A stretch of DNA of 62,412 nt, filler included, from Choristocarpus tenellus KU-1152 (GCA_964200185.2; 10 parts of 10 records of this genome joined end to end with filler, not necessarily neighbours in it); one strand, 5' to 3'; positions 36,602 to 50,315 are shown, counted from the first letter of the whole stretch. Notes: a model not told the origin generated them from the letters alone. Program-made: numbers and translations.

Positions 36602-39529
36602 CCATGCATTGGTAAGGTCTCGTAATGGCCCTGGAGTGCCCATCCCACGTGCGAGATGCGATAAATCTTGTCCTTCCCGCGAACGGAGGTGCAAAGGTTG
36701 GTTAGATGTTCTGCCTTACTTGTGTTGCTGCTCGTCGTGCCTGGTTCAAAGGGGTGAATGACTCGAGGTGGGGTGAGTGTAATGTACAGTTTCTCTTTGT
36801 GATATTTGTCATTTTTTTCTTCCTATATATGAAAAAATTCCTTACGTTGGGGTAGATTATATGGGAGGAGTGAGGGAATGCAGCCAGTTTCGGGTACATA
36901 ATCATATTCCAATTATGCCATTTAGACACTTTATTCTTCTTTTATTGAACGAAATTGTTGGAGGAAGTTGTCGCTAATCGAGAAAGTGATTCAATGTTAA
37001 GTTGGAGTGGGTATTGTGGATATGGTGAAGGTGATTTAGTTGGATACCTCAGTATTAGAGAATAGAAAAATATATATACATGGGTATGTGATTCCATCTG
37101 TGACATGGGATTCTGACATCTTTCCTACTACCTCTGACATACTTCTAAAGTGGATTGTTGCATGAAATAATGATATATCCCAACGTAGATAAAGAAGGTG
37201 TAGGATCAAAGAGCCAACGTAATCTCGGCTGAGAGACAGGATTGGAAGCTACATTCGTTAAAACAGTAGTTCTTACTCTTTTGGAAAATGTGAATATCTT
37301 TTGTGTACATATGTGTCCTTTTTCTTCTATTGGTGAATAATGACAAGTTCCGATGATGTCATCCACGTACGCATGTCCGTATGGCATCCAATCGTACCAC
37401 AAAATGAGTGCCTCACATATTCCCAACGAACAATTACCCAAACATTGATCTTCCAAAAAGCAGTGCGCGGTTGGGATGGATTTAGGATGTGTTTGAAAGG
37501 ACACATTAGTGTTCTGCGAAATATGAAGAACATATCAATAATGGTATCGACATTTAATGACACAGGTATTTTCATGGAAGGTATGAAGGAATGAAACCTG
37601 ATTGGATGGAGATATGAGAAGGAGTGCAATACGTAACAGATGCAGATCGATATATTGTTCATATGTATTCATATGTATCTTATGTTAGATTTTGTACCAA
37701 ACCATAAAACATCATCCGTATACGTATTTACATGATATATGTATGCAAATATCTCATTGTATCAGTGGAAGATGAATAAACCGCTGACCCTATTCTGTAC
37801 GAGAGGAGGTGCACGGACATCAAGACTGGAATCAACCCACCCGTAGCAAACCCTCCATCCGGACCAGTGGCTAAGCGCAAAACGTGCCTTCTCCTCCCCT
37901 ACAGGTTTCCACTGCCCGCTTTGCAACGCACCCACATCACCCCACTGCAAAGGACAAACACGGAAAGGCGTCACAATTGCTGGACTTGAGGATGTCAAGA
38001 GCAGCAGACAGCAAGTGAGTTTGACGGAATAAATGTGCACAGTCATTCCAGAGCATTCAACCCAAGCGCACATAAGACAAATCTCATCCCCCAGTCTCAG
38101 CAGACACCACCGCGCATGATGAATGATTTGCCTTATCAACCTCCCTATCCTAGCTTCAATGGCAACACGCCACATCAAGCGTAACCTCAACCATTCAGCC
38201 TCAACCCTTGGTGACCACCTATATATTTTTCCTCTTATTTGCCCCTACACACAGTTAGAACCCGCGCTGATTCCTCCTCGTCCTACAAACGTTTATAGGC
38301 TAAGAATGTAAGGCCTGTGTACTATTTCCGAATTCGTTTATATTCAACCAAGCACCTCAAACCGGCGTTGGAACATGGGTATGGGAAAGGATGATCGTTG
38401 GACATCTATCCTTGGCCTGTTGGAGTCATGCGTACGACGCGGCACTGTAGCGGATTTTACCACCCCACTTTCCCCCAACGCATTCAGTAGCACATTCACA
38501 ACATGTTACGTAAAACCCGCTGATCACTTTGTATACCAATCTTCGTTGGTCTTTCCATAGGATTGGGCATTTGTTCATCGCCAAATAGCTCTGACCGTGT
38601 TATTCCACCTTCATTATCGGAATGTCGACATAATATTCCATAGGCATAGTCAGCACCACAATGTACCCATCCCCCGAGCGCGGTATGGTCTGTGCACGGG
38701 GGTAACGCATAGCCACACACCCATCTTAATTCTCTCAACCCTACTGTATGCAACACTACCTGTACCGTTGCTACCCACAACCAACGCATGGTGTTTTTAG
38801 CACAATAGCACCCGCACATGAAATCACCATATTCCTCGCCAGAACACATACACACCCATCCATCATTACGCAACCTATTCTTATGGAATACTCTATCGCA
38901 CCAAGAAACCCTCCGCAAAACTATAAGGTCGACGTCGTTATTCCCCACATTTTGAGACCATGTTCCTTTATACAACTCGTGAAAGAAACAGGCATACTAT
39001 TGCAGCCCCACCAACACCTAGACTCGCACAAAGTCGATGCATGTTAACGAAATCATGAGGTCACCATTATTTTGAACGATTGGGATTTAACATTATACGC
39101 ATCTCTGGTATTGTCGATGATGCCAGCCACCACGTGCACCACTCTCCCCCCCTCTCCTCCCAAATTCTGAAACGGTTATTACGATTGTCGAAGTTTATAA
39201 AAACAGCGTTTATGCTGTTCTTCCCTGAGAACAACATGCACACCAAATACCCGTCCTTTGCTACACCCCTTTCTAAACGTCCATCATCGCATTGCACATC
39301 TCTCCTTAATTTGCATGACACCATATCCCCGGCATACACCTTGATGGACTCAACACAGTCTTCTTAGAAAATCTTATCAAGGTCTACAGAGATTACCAAG
39401 TGAATTATTTGTACACAGATCGTATGCCTCCTCACAATATAGTTGTTAACTATGCAAAAAGAAAGCTATTCAATAGAATCTTTGCTTTACGTGGTATGGA
39501 TGCGTTTATTTGCGGAGTGAGCACTATCC

Positions 39530-39861
39530 CTTGAGGTAGGGGGTCCTCTCTCTTATTATCTTATTGCACACATCAGCTGACACATCAGCTAACACATCAA
39601 AATGTGTCCTGCCGTTGGTAGTACTAAGTCACTTGTCCTGTGTAGCTAAAACTAAGTAACTTATACTAAGGCACTTATACTAAGGCACTTATACTAAGGC
39701 ACTTACACTAAGTCACTTATCCTGTGTAGCTAGTACTACGTCAGAAGTCCTCCATAAATCCATTTATATCAAGTAATAAGAAATCAATCATCTGAGATTC
39801 GAACTTATTACTCTAAGCACACGAAAACAAGTCAATGACACTTGTTCCACTTAAATCAACA
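39530..39861 (+). mobile_element. LTR-like repeat with an internal 14-bp tandem (cacttatactaagg, ~4-5 copies, 39655-39720)
   Basis: PPT-like gaggtaggggg, homology to 30064-30262, ends tcaaca. Confidence 0.55.
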
Positions 39862-40085
39862 TTCCCGTTGTCTGGTAGTGGTCGCTAAACAGCTATAAAC
39901 CATATAGACTACAAGCCTATATTGCACACTCCCCCATGAGCGTGCAGTAACGTTGCTGACAAAAGCTCACTCTCAACGCGAAAGCACGGAATGCACAAAA
40001 TCAGAAATGAAAATCTTGCGTGAAGACTTGGTTAAAACGTTTGCCAATTGCTTGCGTGTTGGAATATACTTATTGCCAGAAGTGC

Positions 40086-40850
40086 CCTTCTTCCATAATT
40101 TTGTCATTTCCTTCTCCATGGTCTCCTGCCACTGATCTGCATCTGTTGGTCCAGGGTGATGCCATCCTCACCCACAGTGATGCCCACCCCAATCAGCTTG
40201 TCTGGCGTACCTAGGTCCCGCCCCTCGTACTTCTCCAGCAGTGATGTCCTCTGGATTTCCTCTGTGAATTCCCCAGTGGGGACAGTGTCGTCCACATAGG
40301 TAGTAAGGATGGCGATGCGTCCATCTTGACTCTTCTTGAAGTAGAAGCATTTGTCGTGTTGACTGCTTGTCCACCCTTCTGCTAAAATAGTGTTGCGTAG
40401 TTCATGTTACCATTCCATTGCTGGCTGCTTCAGTCCATAGATTGCCTTCTCTGCCTTGACGGTGCGGCCATCAGGAAGCTCCAACTCCCCAAGTATGTCC
40501 AGCTCTGGCTTCCCAACTAACTCCAGCAGTTTGGTTTCAGGCTGAAACGTTACCTGTGCTGAGGTCACCAGCTTGTCTTCTTGCGGGATCCACACGTACC
40601 AGCATAGTGATGCCCTGTCGTGCCACGCCTTGATGTAGTGTCATTGCCCCCAGTCTGAGTCTCCATATCTGACCAGGCCCCAATTGTCCATTGTTTCTTT
40701 TGTTGACGTAGCACTCACTCCTCCAGGCTTGAAGCCTATCATAATTGAATGTCTTGTACATCCTCTTGTTGAGTGAAATCCTGTGCCTCCAACCTGACCT
40801 TGAACTGTTTTTATTTTCTGACTCCAATCCTGGTCCAGCTAATTCCTCCG
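40086..40850 (-). pseudogene. Oppositely oriented Copia fragment of the same family (integrase C-terminus/SH3 plus part of RT)
   Basis: YDRLQAWRSECYV..., LELPDGRTVKAEKAIYGLKQPAMEW and DDTVPTGEFTEEIQRTSLLEKYEGRDLGTPDKLIGV. Confidence 0.9.
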
Positions 40851-40851
40851 C

Positions 40852-41901
40852 ATGGGGGAAATAACAGCAGGTCCAGAAGAACCATCTACAACCAAGGAGG
40901 CCTTGAATGGGCCAGATGCAGATCAATGGCAGGAAGCCATGGAAAAGGAAATGGCAGGACTTTGGGAGAAGGGGACATTTAGTGACAAAGCCCTACCCCA
41001 AGGAAGGAAGGCAATCAAGACACGATTTGTTTTCAAAATCAAGTACTCTGCAGACGGGACAGTAGAACGATATAAGGCAAGACTCGTGGCACGTGGGTTT
41101 ACCCAAAATGCAGGAGTAGATTTCTTTGAAACCTTCAGCCCAGTAGTGGGATACGACACACTACGATGCGTCATATCAGTCGCAGCGTACAAAGGTTGGA
41201 ACATAGAAGCCCTAGATTTCACACAGGCCTACCTCAACGCAGATCTGCAGGAGGACATCTGGCTGGAGCTTCCAGACAGCCGCATCGTCAAGGTTGAGAA
41301 AGCAATCTATGGGCTGAAGCAGTCAGCCATGGAATGGTTTCATGAATTAAGGGGTACTATTCTCGCAGAAGGATGGACAAGTAGTCAACATGACGAGTGT
41401 CTCTACTTCAAGAAAAGTGAAGACGGACGCATTGCGATCCTCACTACCTATGTGGACGATACTGCCACCACTGGAGACTTCACAGAAGAGATCCAAAGGA
41501 TAAGGGCATCACTACTAGAAAAGTACGAGGGACGAGACCTAGGTATGCCAGACAAACTGATTGGAGTGAACATCATTGTGGGTGAAGATGGCATCACTCT
41601 GGACCAACAACTATATGCAGAAAGTATTGTCGTGGCCGGGATGGGCTCTATGGAAGTGCGAGAAAGATTTACACCACTGGACCCTGGCATGGACCTCTCT
41701 GTCAGACAAGATCATGAAGAGGAACTAGATCCCATCATATACCCCTATGCCAGTATTCTTGGGAAACTCATGTTCTTAGCAGGCATGACTCGACCAGACC
41801 TGGCTAATAGTGTTCGTGAACTGGGGCGTAGAGCAGCATCTCCATGCATGCGACACTGGCGCGGATTACAGCATGTTCTGCGCTACATAACAGGGACAAA
41901 G
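40852..41901 (+). CDS. Ty1/Copia reverse transcriptase (RVT_2), open for ~350 aa, truncated by gap
   Basis: WQEAMEKEM, RFVFKIK, RYKARLVARGFTQ, ETFSPVV, DFTQAYLNA, KAIYGLKQS, YVDD and TRPDLA. Confidence 0.96.
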
Positions 41902-42001
41902 NNNNNNNNNNNNNNNNNNNNNNNNNNNNNNNNNNNNNNNNNNNNTTAATTAATTAANNNNNNNNNNNNNNNNNNNNNNNNNNNNNNNNNNNNNNNNNNN
42001 N

Positions 42002-42074
42002 CCAAAAAACGCTACATGAAAAAATTGACCCCAAATAGACAGCCACCACCACCCCCTCCCAGATACTTTGGGCC
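42002..42074 (-). mobile_element. MITE family A end at gap
   Basis: gaccccaaatagacagcc...ctcccagatactttgggcc. Confidence 0.85.
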
Positions 42075-42435
42075 TATACAGTGGTGTACATTGGTTACAA
42101 CCACTTCCTGAGCGGGACAAGCTAATGTGTTTTCCAAGAGCCAAACAAGACCGGCATGTAAAACCCTATTGTATTGTTGCCTTCAGGATGTTTTGGTACA
42201 TAGTTGGAATGCAATAGGTATCCCTTGACACGCCTTATTCCCTACCACATTGCAATCGTCCATATCTGCTCAGCTACCTTCCCAAGGCTTGATGAAACTT
42301 CAATACAGAGCCGGTACTCCCTTAGCTCCCAAGATCTCCATTATAGAAGGCCCGGCATGTACCCCCAAGCATACCCCTATACCATGCCCTACAGCAACAG
42401 AGGGAAGAGATGTGTCAAGCACCAAGGAATGTAAT

Positions 42436-42636
42436 GAGTCAAAGTAAGTGAGAGGTGCCTAGAGTTTCATTTCAAGGATGCTGAAAAAAAAATGCAAAAT
42501 TCGACTTTAAAAAAATTCAGATAGAAAATTTACTGAATCTCGAACTTAGCACTTCATCCATTGAAAAAAAATACGGGCAAATTGCCAATGATGGAAAAAC
42601 GGCCAAAACCTGGGTACCTCTCATTTACCTTGGCTC
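42436..42636. mobile_element. MITE family C (201 bp) with termini related to A and B
   Basis: Left end gagtcaaagtaagtgagaggtgccta; right end reverse-complemented gagccaaggtaaatgagaggtaccca. AT-rich interior, flanks aat/tat. Confidence 0.78.
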
Positions 42637-43379
42637 TATGGGTCCTCCAACAGCTTTCCTCTGGTAAAGTTGGAAACACACACCGGGCATGAAAGAAGCG
42701 TTGGACGAATGGGGAGGGATGGCAAAGATTTTGGGGAAAGAAATGCCAAGGTGGAGACTGGATTAGGAGGCGAGGAAGGAAGAAAGGAAGGACAAAGTCT
42801 CACTGGTCGGAAGGAGTTACACGCAGCAGACACAGGATTGGAGGCGTTTCTTCGTCTACTCAAGTCATTGGGGGACGGGACACGAGTAAGTATGCCTCCA
42901 AATTTCTCATTGTGGGGGAAGATTGGAAGCAGTTGTGTAGGGTAGGATTCCAAGTGTATCCACTGGAGATCTTTTCAGGAGCGAGATACGACTACATGTT
43001 CTTGTCAAAGATGCATATTTTTCTACGGTGGTGTTATAGACGTTTCTGGAAGGCCACTGTATCATAATATGACGCTCCAAGCATTTCATCTTGCAGTAAA
43101 TGGCGAGGGAGATGCTTCTGGTGCTAGCCGCGTGTTTGATTTGAAGTCAATTTTTGATGTCATGCTCACCTAATGACCCTCTTGCCCATTTACAGATGGC
43201 AGAGATGGCTGAGACGGTGTCAAGGCGAGCTTGGCTAAGTGATATGCAGATAAGGGCTGTTTTAGATGTCTTTCTTACTGAGGTGAGGGAACGGCCTAAA
43301 GTACACAGTTTGGTGGTGAATTGAGTTTTCAGAATGATCTCATGCATGGCGAATAAGTCCAAGCGAATGAAAGTGCTTG

Positions 43380-43700
43380 AGCCAGCCGGAAACATTGGAT
43401 TGCCTGATCTTCTTCCTACTCCTGGAGCCCAGCAGTGTTTCCTATCTAAGTGTATTCAAGAAGCATGAAAGCATATTTGATGGGGCAAGCCAAGCCTTCT
43501 TTGGGTTGGTTGGCCTATCTATAATATCGCATTAAGCATAGATCGATGACCACAGTGTTTACAACAAGTGCAAGCATGGACATGTTTGCTGGGTAGAAGT
43601 AACTCTGAACAAGAGCATGGACTAGAGAATCCCCTTCGCCAAACCTGAGATTGTCACATTTCACAACATAAGGTGGTATCCCTCCACCAACACAGAATAT
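43380..43700 (-). pseudogene. Possible decayed non-LTR RT fragment
   Basis: GEGDSL..LF-like remnant (QGDSLSPLLF motif) at ~43610-43645; otherwise heavily degraded. Confidence 0.3.
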
Positions 43701-44644
43701 ATTTCAGATGTAACACCCCCAAAAACAAGAAATCAGATACTTCAAAGCACCTTGGAATGATCTGGGCATACATGTTGCTTGTGTTAAACTCTACTCCTGT
43801 CCTTCCTCCCCATGGCAGCCCCGAATGTCGGAGCCTCGCTGCCGCTGTTTTGTCGCACTCCTCCCCAACATCAGGCACAATGCTCTCAAGGCCATGGCGG
43901 CCCTCTTTTCTCCACATATCCACTATCTCCAAGGGTTTTCACCTAGGGATAATGATCATATCGAAAGTCGCGTAAGGGGAAACAGGGTGAATCAAGGGGT
44001 CAAACCCAGACAAAGCAGAGGATCAAGTTATCTGTCACAAGGAGGGGTTAAGGGGGTGGGTGCAAAGGTCGAGAAGGAAGAAAAAGAAATTGAAAAAGAG
44101 GATGCGAGTGGGGCAACGGTGTTCCGACTCGTAGATATTTCCATCCTAGGGGGACATCCCTCAGAAGTGCTCCAAAGGTTCGTCGATCAAAGTTGGAAAA
44201 CTGCTTAGATTTGGTGTGTTTTCACCACTGTTTCTGTAGATATATATGCACAGTAGTAAAAAAAATCTCAGCTGTTGTTCAGATGAAATATTGTCCGAAA
44301 TCATCATCTCACTTAGAAACAGGTTCTAAAGGAGCCACTCAGAAATTAATACTGATTTTGCAAGAGTACTTAACCTGTGTGTTTTCGGAATGAGGACTAG
44401 ACCCAGCTGTTCCACACACTCTTCAGAAATATATTGTTTTTATTTTAACATACCCATTTTAAAAAAAAAAGAAGATAATTCCCAGAAGTCACAAGGAAAA
44501 TATAAATGCATCGAGAAGAAAATGGTGAATAGATGAGTCGTACCGTGTGCAGTGTCTAGCTGCAAACTGGCTTCAACTGTGGTCGTGAAGTCAAGAGATA
44601 TGTGGTGTTTGTGTGTTGTGTGTGTTGTGTGGTTGTTCACCATT

Positions 44645-44711
44645 GAGTGAAAGTATCTTTGAGGGTATGAGTTTTGCCCTGTTTGTCCATTTGGGGCTTG
44701 ACTTCCCATGG
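44645..44711 (-). mobile_element. MITE family B end at gap
   Basis: gagtgaaagtatctttgagggtatgagttttgccctgtttgtccatttgggg. Confidence 0.88.
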
Positions 44712-44811
44712 NNNNNNNNNNNNNNNNNNNNNNNNNNNNNNNNNNNNNNNNNNNNTTAATTAATTAANNNNNNNNNNNNNNNNNNNNNNNNNNNNNNNNN
44801 NNNNNNNNNNN

Positions 44812-44865
44812 CCGAATGGAGACCCTAGTATAGACCCCCCCCCCCTCTCTCAGAAAATTTGAGCT
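44812..44865 (+). mobile_element. MITE family A end at gap
   Basis: gaatggagaccctagtatagacccccc...cagaaaatttgagc (degenerate right TIR). Confidence 0.75.
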
Positions 44866-44949
44866 AGTCAAAGCAAGGATTCCAATAGTGGCTATCAAGG
44901 GACCACTTTGATCCATTCCAACATACGCGTTACTTGGATGATGATGCAT

Positions 44950-46300
44950 TGTTGAAGACTTTGATCACTTGTCACCACCTCTCAGCCCGTCTTGTGTTGA
45001 AGATTTTGCTGATTGAACACTTTTAGTGACAAGGTGGTATGGGCTTGCAATAGTGCTGTCAGGATGTGTGCTGTAGTGAGCGCTGAAATTCTTTATTTAG
45101 ACTGACACCCTCAGCACGAAATCTTTGACAATTTTTAGAACAACGCTTCAAAACCGATTTTTATACATTCCATTTCTCGCTCCCCACACAGTGCATGATT
45201 GATGGTTCGTTTACTGTGGATTTTGGCAATCTTTATATTCACCAATATTGTGAATGGAGTCTCAGAACATTTATCACAGATGCCTGCAATAATTCTTTGA
45301 CGCATCTCATGAGAGACAAAATCGTTTTTTCTACTTCAAGTTAACACGTTGAAAGTACATGAAGTCACCAGTAGATGTGTTGAATGGATGCAAAGGAAAG
45401 ATTCCAGTCACCAAATAGATGATGAGGTGCAGAAGTGGGGCCGAGGGATATTAATGTCTACCACTCATTTTTCTCTTTATTTGGTTCATCTTCCCCTCGT
45501 AATACGCATTTTTTGATATGTTGGCTGACTAGTAGATATGAACATGGATGTTGACATGACCCTCGCAGAAGGACTTCAGTACCCTCCTCTAAATCTCTCC
45601 CTTTACGTTTTTTCCTGAATTGCAAAGAAAAGTCAAGCACTAATAAAATTCCTTGCTTGGGTGCCTCAGGAGCTGTCATGAAAGCAGTGAAACAGGTGGA
45701 GGGCAGGGTTCAAGCAGCCAAATTTGATCTGAAGACACAACCATGTGACCAGCAGCACTCCCGTGTGCGCTACAACTATGTTCAACCTGAAATAACCAGG
45801 AAGTAAGATGATGAAAGTGTGTTTCAAGTGATGAAAGTACCAGCAAAGAAATACCATGCGCAACAAACCTCTCGTTTTGGATGCCATATGCAACAAATAC
45901 TGGTAGAAGTTGAAGACCTTACGTGCCAGGACGCAACACAATGCCCTGACCTGTACCATTGATGAAAATGATAGGGCTACAATCCACACGGCACGAGTGC
46001 CGTCCCTTTCCCCAAGAACCTCTGCAATAGAGTGGAGGATTGCGTTGGCGCCAGGGTCTTTCAACGCAGAAGCTATCGGCAGGTGAGTGCACATATTGAT
46101 TCTATCTTCATGCCCGCAGTCATCCTGAAACATTCTCACTGAATAAGAAACAATGTATTTTTTGTGGTCTCGATTGGGATAGCAGGCATTTTGGATATTG
46201 ATTGGACAACTTGGGTCTTCCACCTTTTGATCGCTGCTGAAGGTTTCGAAAAGGATACTTTCCACTTTAATTGATAGAATTAATATTTGAAGAACAACTG
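44950..46300 (-). pseudogene. Possible decayed DDE transposase (Transib/Chapaev/CMC-like), unconfirmed
   Basis: Weak ordered motifs IFI(N/D)GTGQ, LVLDF, GSCQHPCSY and LHV...LEVEKTILSL. Confidence 0.2.
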
Positions 46301-46564
46301 CTTAGTGTGGTAGCTTGCTATGTTGGGGTGTAGAGCAAACACATTTCTCCCCTTTCATTAGAGTTGCAATCTTCGACCTCTACGGCAGCACAAAATATCG
46401 TTCCATATTGTGTTACCAAAGGATATGCGTAGATACTCATCATTTAATTTAACTATTTTGACAGTGGTATTAGCATTTTGAAGACTTCCTAAACTGGAGC
46501 TTGGAGACGTAGATTTGCAATGACCAACTGTTTGTGCCTGGAGCAAACTTGGGAAAATATAATA

Positions 46565-46822
46565 GAGTGAAAGAATCTTAGAGAGTAAGAGTTTTGACCT
46601 GTTTGTCCATTTGGGGCTTGGCTTCCCATGGGCTTCTTATGACATTTTACCTATCCAAAATGTTTCAAAGTAGGTAAAATGTATACGCTATTAAAAGGTG
46701 TGCCCAGAACATCGATATTGACACTTCCTAACACACACAACAGTCAAAATTACATCAAAATTGCAACATTGAACTTTGGCTCTCAAATGGACGCGGCTCT
46801 ACCCTCTAAGATACTTTGGCTC
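46565..46822 (-). mobile_element. MITE family B, full copy
   Basis: gagtgaaagaatcttagagagta ... taccctctaagatactttggctc. Confidence 0.9.
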
Positions 46823-48679
46823 ACAAGCCCTATCAACAAGAGTCAATAAATGAAAATTTCGAGACAAAGAGATATGACACCATATTTCTCAAACACCTAT
46901 GGAAGTGCCCTGAGGGTTGAGCATCAGCTGCCCAAGCCAAGTGCCCACCATTCTATGATTCATTCTAAGATTGAAAATAGGGGGTCTGTGTCAATCAACC
47001 TTTCGAAAATCAACGTACATTGTTCACCGCCATTCGCTCAGTATGGCCCCTCTTCTATCCCCTTCATCTTGGCATTTAATAAACACTCCTGGCCCATGTC
47101 ACGCATTGTGGGAAACCCCCCTCACAGCAAGAAAATCAACAACAGAAAAGCTCGCTCAACAACCCGGGCAAACAAGGAAAAGACGCAAATCAGGGCTGTC
47201 CATCCTGATATCAGTTCAGCTTCATCGAAGGACCTCACAGCTGCAACCCAGGCATCAACACCGATGGTTAAGGCGTCAGAAGCCCTGGCCACAACGAGAA
47301 ACAGAAGACAAGGACTTGAAAGTGGAAAGACTAGTGGTGTACTTTGTGGGGAGTTGGAACTGGACATCGGTACTACACAACCAAGAGTCCAGGGAGAGTT
47401 CGACACACCTATCCAGTCTAGTATCCACTACATGAAGGGCAGTGAATGCAACAATGGCAGCAGTAGCAACTTTAGCCTTTCTGACTCTTCCAGGTGAGGT
47501 ATCAAATGCACGAACTTGTCAGTGAATGGACTGTGCAAAATAATTGAAATCGAATAGGGATAACATCTTGATTTGGAAATTGGCTGCCAGCAAAATGCTT
47601 TGACTTTGTACATTTATGCTGAACGCTACATGTACTTTAACATTTTCCATCACCACTATTTTTCTTCGTTATTCCAAAGAGGTCACTACATCAAACCCTA
47701 TACTGAAGACACTGGTGTTCTACGTTACAACTCGGACAAAATATCGCATTCATGACACATATTAAATGTATCTTCTGATGAACTAAACATCCTACCTTAA
47801 GATGGATATTGACTTCAAGGTTTATACTGGGCAATATACGTAGTGCAGTGATAAAGCAAATGGGCTTGAACTGTTTCTTGGGTGCAGACGAAATAATTGT
47901 GACCAAGATGTTGGGGGTATTTGACTCATTGTTGTCTTTTCCTGATAGTATGTATTGTTGAGAATGGAGCCAAAGTGTTGAAGGGAAGCGAATTATGTAG
48001 ATGAAGTTGATCCGAGTAGTATTGGGTGATGATAGCATTCACTGTTGCACTGTTTTGTGGGTAGTATGTGAGATATTGCTATGGCGGTTGAGGTACTAAC
48101 GGATGTGAAGAGAGTTCAATGTTTTCCAAGGTAGTGGAAGTAACGGAGTTGACTTGATTCCAGGGACGCCAGATTACTTCCCAGTCACCTCATCTTTGTG
48201 CAAGGAGTACAGAAGAATGTACAGAAGAAAATGTGAAAGCATTGCAATATGTGTAACACTTGGTAGATAATTTTACGTTGTTGCTGGACACCCATAACTG
48301 TCGTAATGCGGAACATTTACCAGGAACGTGGATGGTGTGGCTTCTGTAAAATGCCAATTATATATAATCGTTTTTTTTTAAAGAGAATTATACCATAACT
48401 TGTATTACGACACATAGACCTGGGGAATGAAGGATTCTTAGGATTTTCACAAGGTCGACAAATTGATGATTGGTTGCTTCAAAGGTCGTGGCTTTTAATT
48501 GAGTCAATATCATTGTTTAAGCATTATTCAAATATACTTCAAGCACTGAGAAATATTTGCAAGTAGCTCCACATCCCTTCCACCTGATATTTCACTTTCC
48601 CCATCAAATTTTCTTCTTCTTTCCTGCACCCTTCCTGCACCCTTCCACTGCATCTACATTAGGCAAAGCAGCCCGAAGT

Positions 48680-49335
48680 TAGTGCGCTCTTCAAGCTATC
48701 GATCCCTTGGACACTCAGGAGACCAGGATGAGCCTGGTAACGCAAACAAAACAGACACATTGGAATTTCCCAACGGTTGGACCCTCTTGTAATGCCTTTG
48801 TGCTGCTGGTAGAAGCTTGAATCCACTCAGTTTGTGTTGTGGATTTATGTTGCATGCTATGAAGATGACACCCCTATCTTGTGCCTGATGGTGGAGATTG
48901 TGCCATGAACCCGATGCCATTGTTCTGCGCTATGACAGACAGTTACCCCTTTCATCCCATTGGAAGTTGGTGGTTGAACATTTATGGATGATTTACCGAA
49001 GCTTGCGAGGGCTGATCAAATTATTACTATCCTGTTGAGATGCTTGCTGTAAGAGCTGCAGTATTTTTCATTTTTTGGTTGGACCCACACAAATTTGTAT
49101 TTGTGAAGCAGATAGCTGGACCAAATGCATGCTTGCTTCACGTTTTCCAGACCCAATTGACAGGGAAATGGAGGATTTGTGTACGTTGATGATGACTACA
49201 CTCTCGAAAATGGAAAAACGGGAGGATGGTGACGCCAAGATATAATTAATGTCTTGTATGACGGGACAACATTGTAAGTAGAGCTTGGAGAAATAGGGTA
49301 TGTGCGATCTGAAAATTCGATTACAAGAGTATAGG
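48680..49335 (-). pseudogene. Decayed PIF/Harbinger-like (DDE_Tnp_4) transposase
   Basis: Ordered remnants IFRSHIPYFSKL (FRM...F..L), QDINY, QICVG (CVGAIDG), GSWH (PGSxHD) and a terminal 'HxNF'-like (LHNF) segment. Stops and deletions throughout. Confidence 0.5.
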
Positions 49336-50169
49336 GGACTGTGTGTACGCAACTAATTCTTTCAGGAAGTCTTGTTGTATGTATAATTTTATGTGGTCCT
49401 CATTATTTTTTTATTAATGTAAAATTTGTTTTCTGCGTAGAGCTATTGTAGTAGCTCAGTATTTTATCATTTTGTTGCTCTTGAATGCATGTGCCCATCA
49501 GTGGTTCAAAATTTGCATCTCAATGCACTACACGTAGATATTATGGTTGATGCGAAGCATGGGGTAGTAGTCTAGAGGGAACAAGACAGTTCTCAAATCA
49601 GATCCCTGTACTGGGGTCGGACATGGATATTGAAATAAAACACACAGCAGCAAGGATGCTTCGCTTATGTTGAGGTATCAAATTTCTTGCTCTGTGAGCA
49701 TGCAAGGGCACAGATCACACAACAACAGCAGAAAATGTGCCAGGAACGATCTCCTATGATATCAGGTGAACAGTGGGAGCCTTGAGCTGAGCCCAACTTG
49801 TTGCTTCTCTGCAGCTCCCTCAGGTGTGTGAGTTGTCACTATTGATTACAATGCAAAACATGTGTCATTATATTTTTGTTGATTGAACAGTCGATTTCAA
49901 ATTCTCGTTGCTATCATGTCTTGCTGCAACCAATTCGAACCACAGGATATTCTATCACACTTTGAACAATGAAACACCCAGCAGTGTGGTACTCCCATGA
50001 TAATGGAGACGAAAGCATGACAAACACTACGTGTCTTGGTGCCTGTAATGCTCCAGTCCAGAATATAAACAACACTGTGCAATACTCGTATATTTCCTGT
50101 CTTACTGACTTGATAATACCCTTTGTACAGTATCCCTCATAGTTTAAGCGCCATTATCAAGTTTTGGGT

Positions 50170-50315
50170 GTCTCAGCATGACACAAGCACAGCTATTTCT
50201 GGATGAGGTGGCAACTCATGTTGAAGGAGGTAAGGGTGCGGAAGGTTTCATCAGAAGGGGACATGAAAATAACATTTACGACCGACTATTTCAGCTACGG
50301 CTCAAGTGCCATCTA
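50170..50315 (+). mobile_element. Degenerate fragment of the same RLE element
   Basis: AQLFLDEVATHVEGGKGAEGFIRRG aligns with GFLDELATHIVGGRGAGSYSRKG. Confidence 0.65.

Noticed and set aside
46850-47497. 215-aa ORF as a gene
   Set aside because: No recognisable domain, overlapping ORFs in other frames, and no splice support I can verify.
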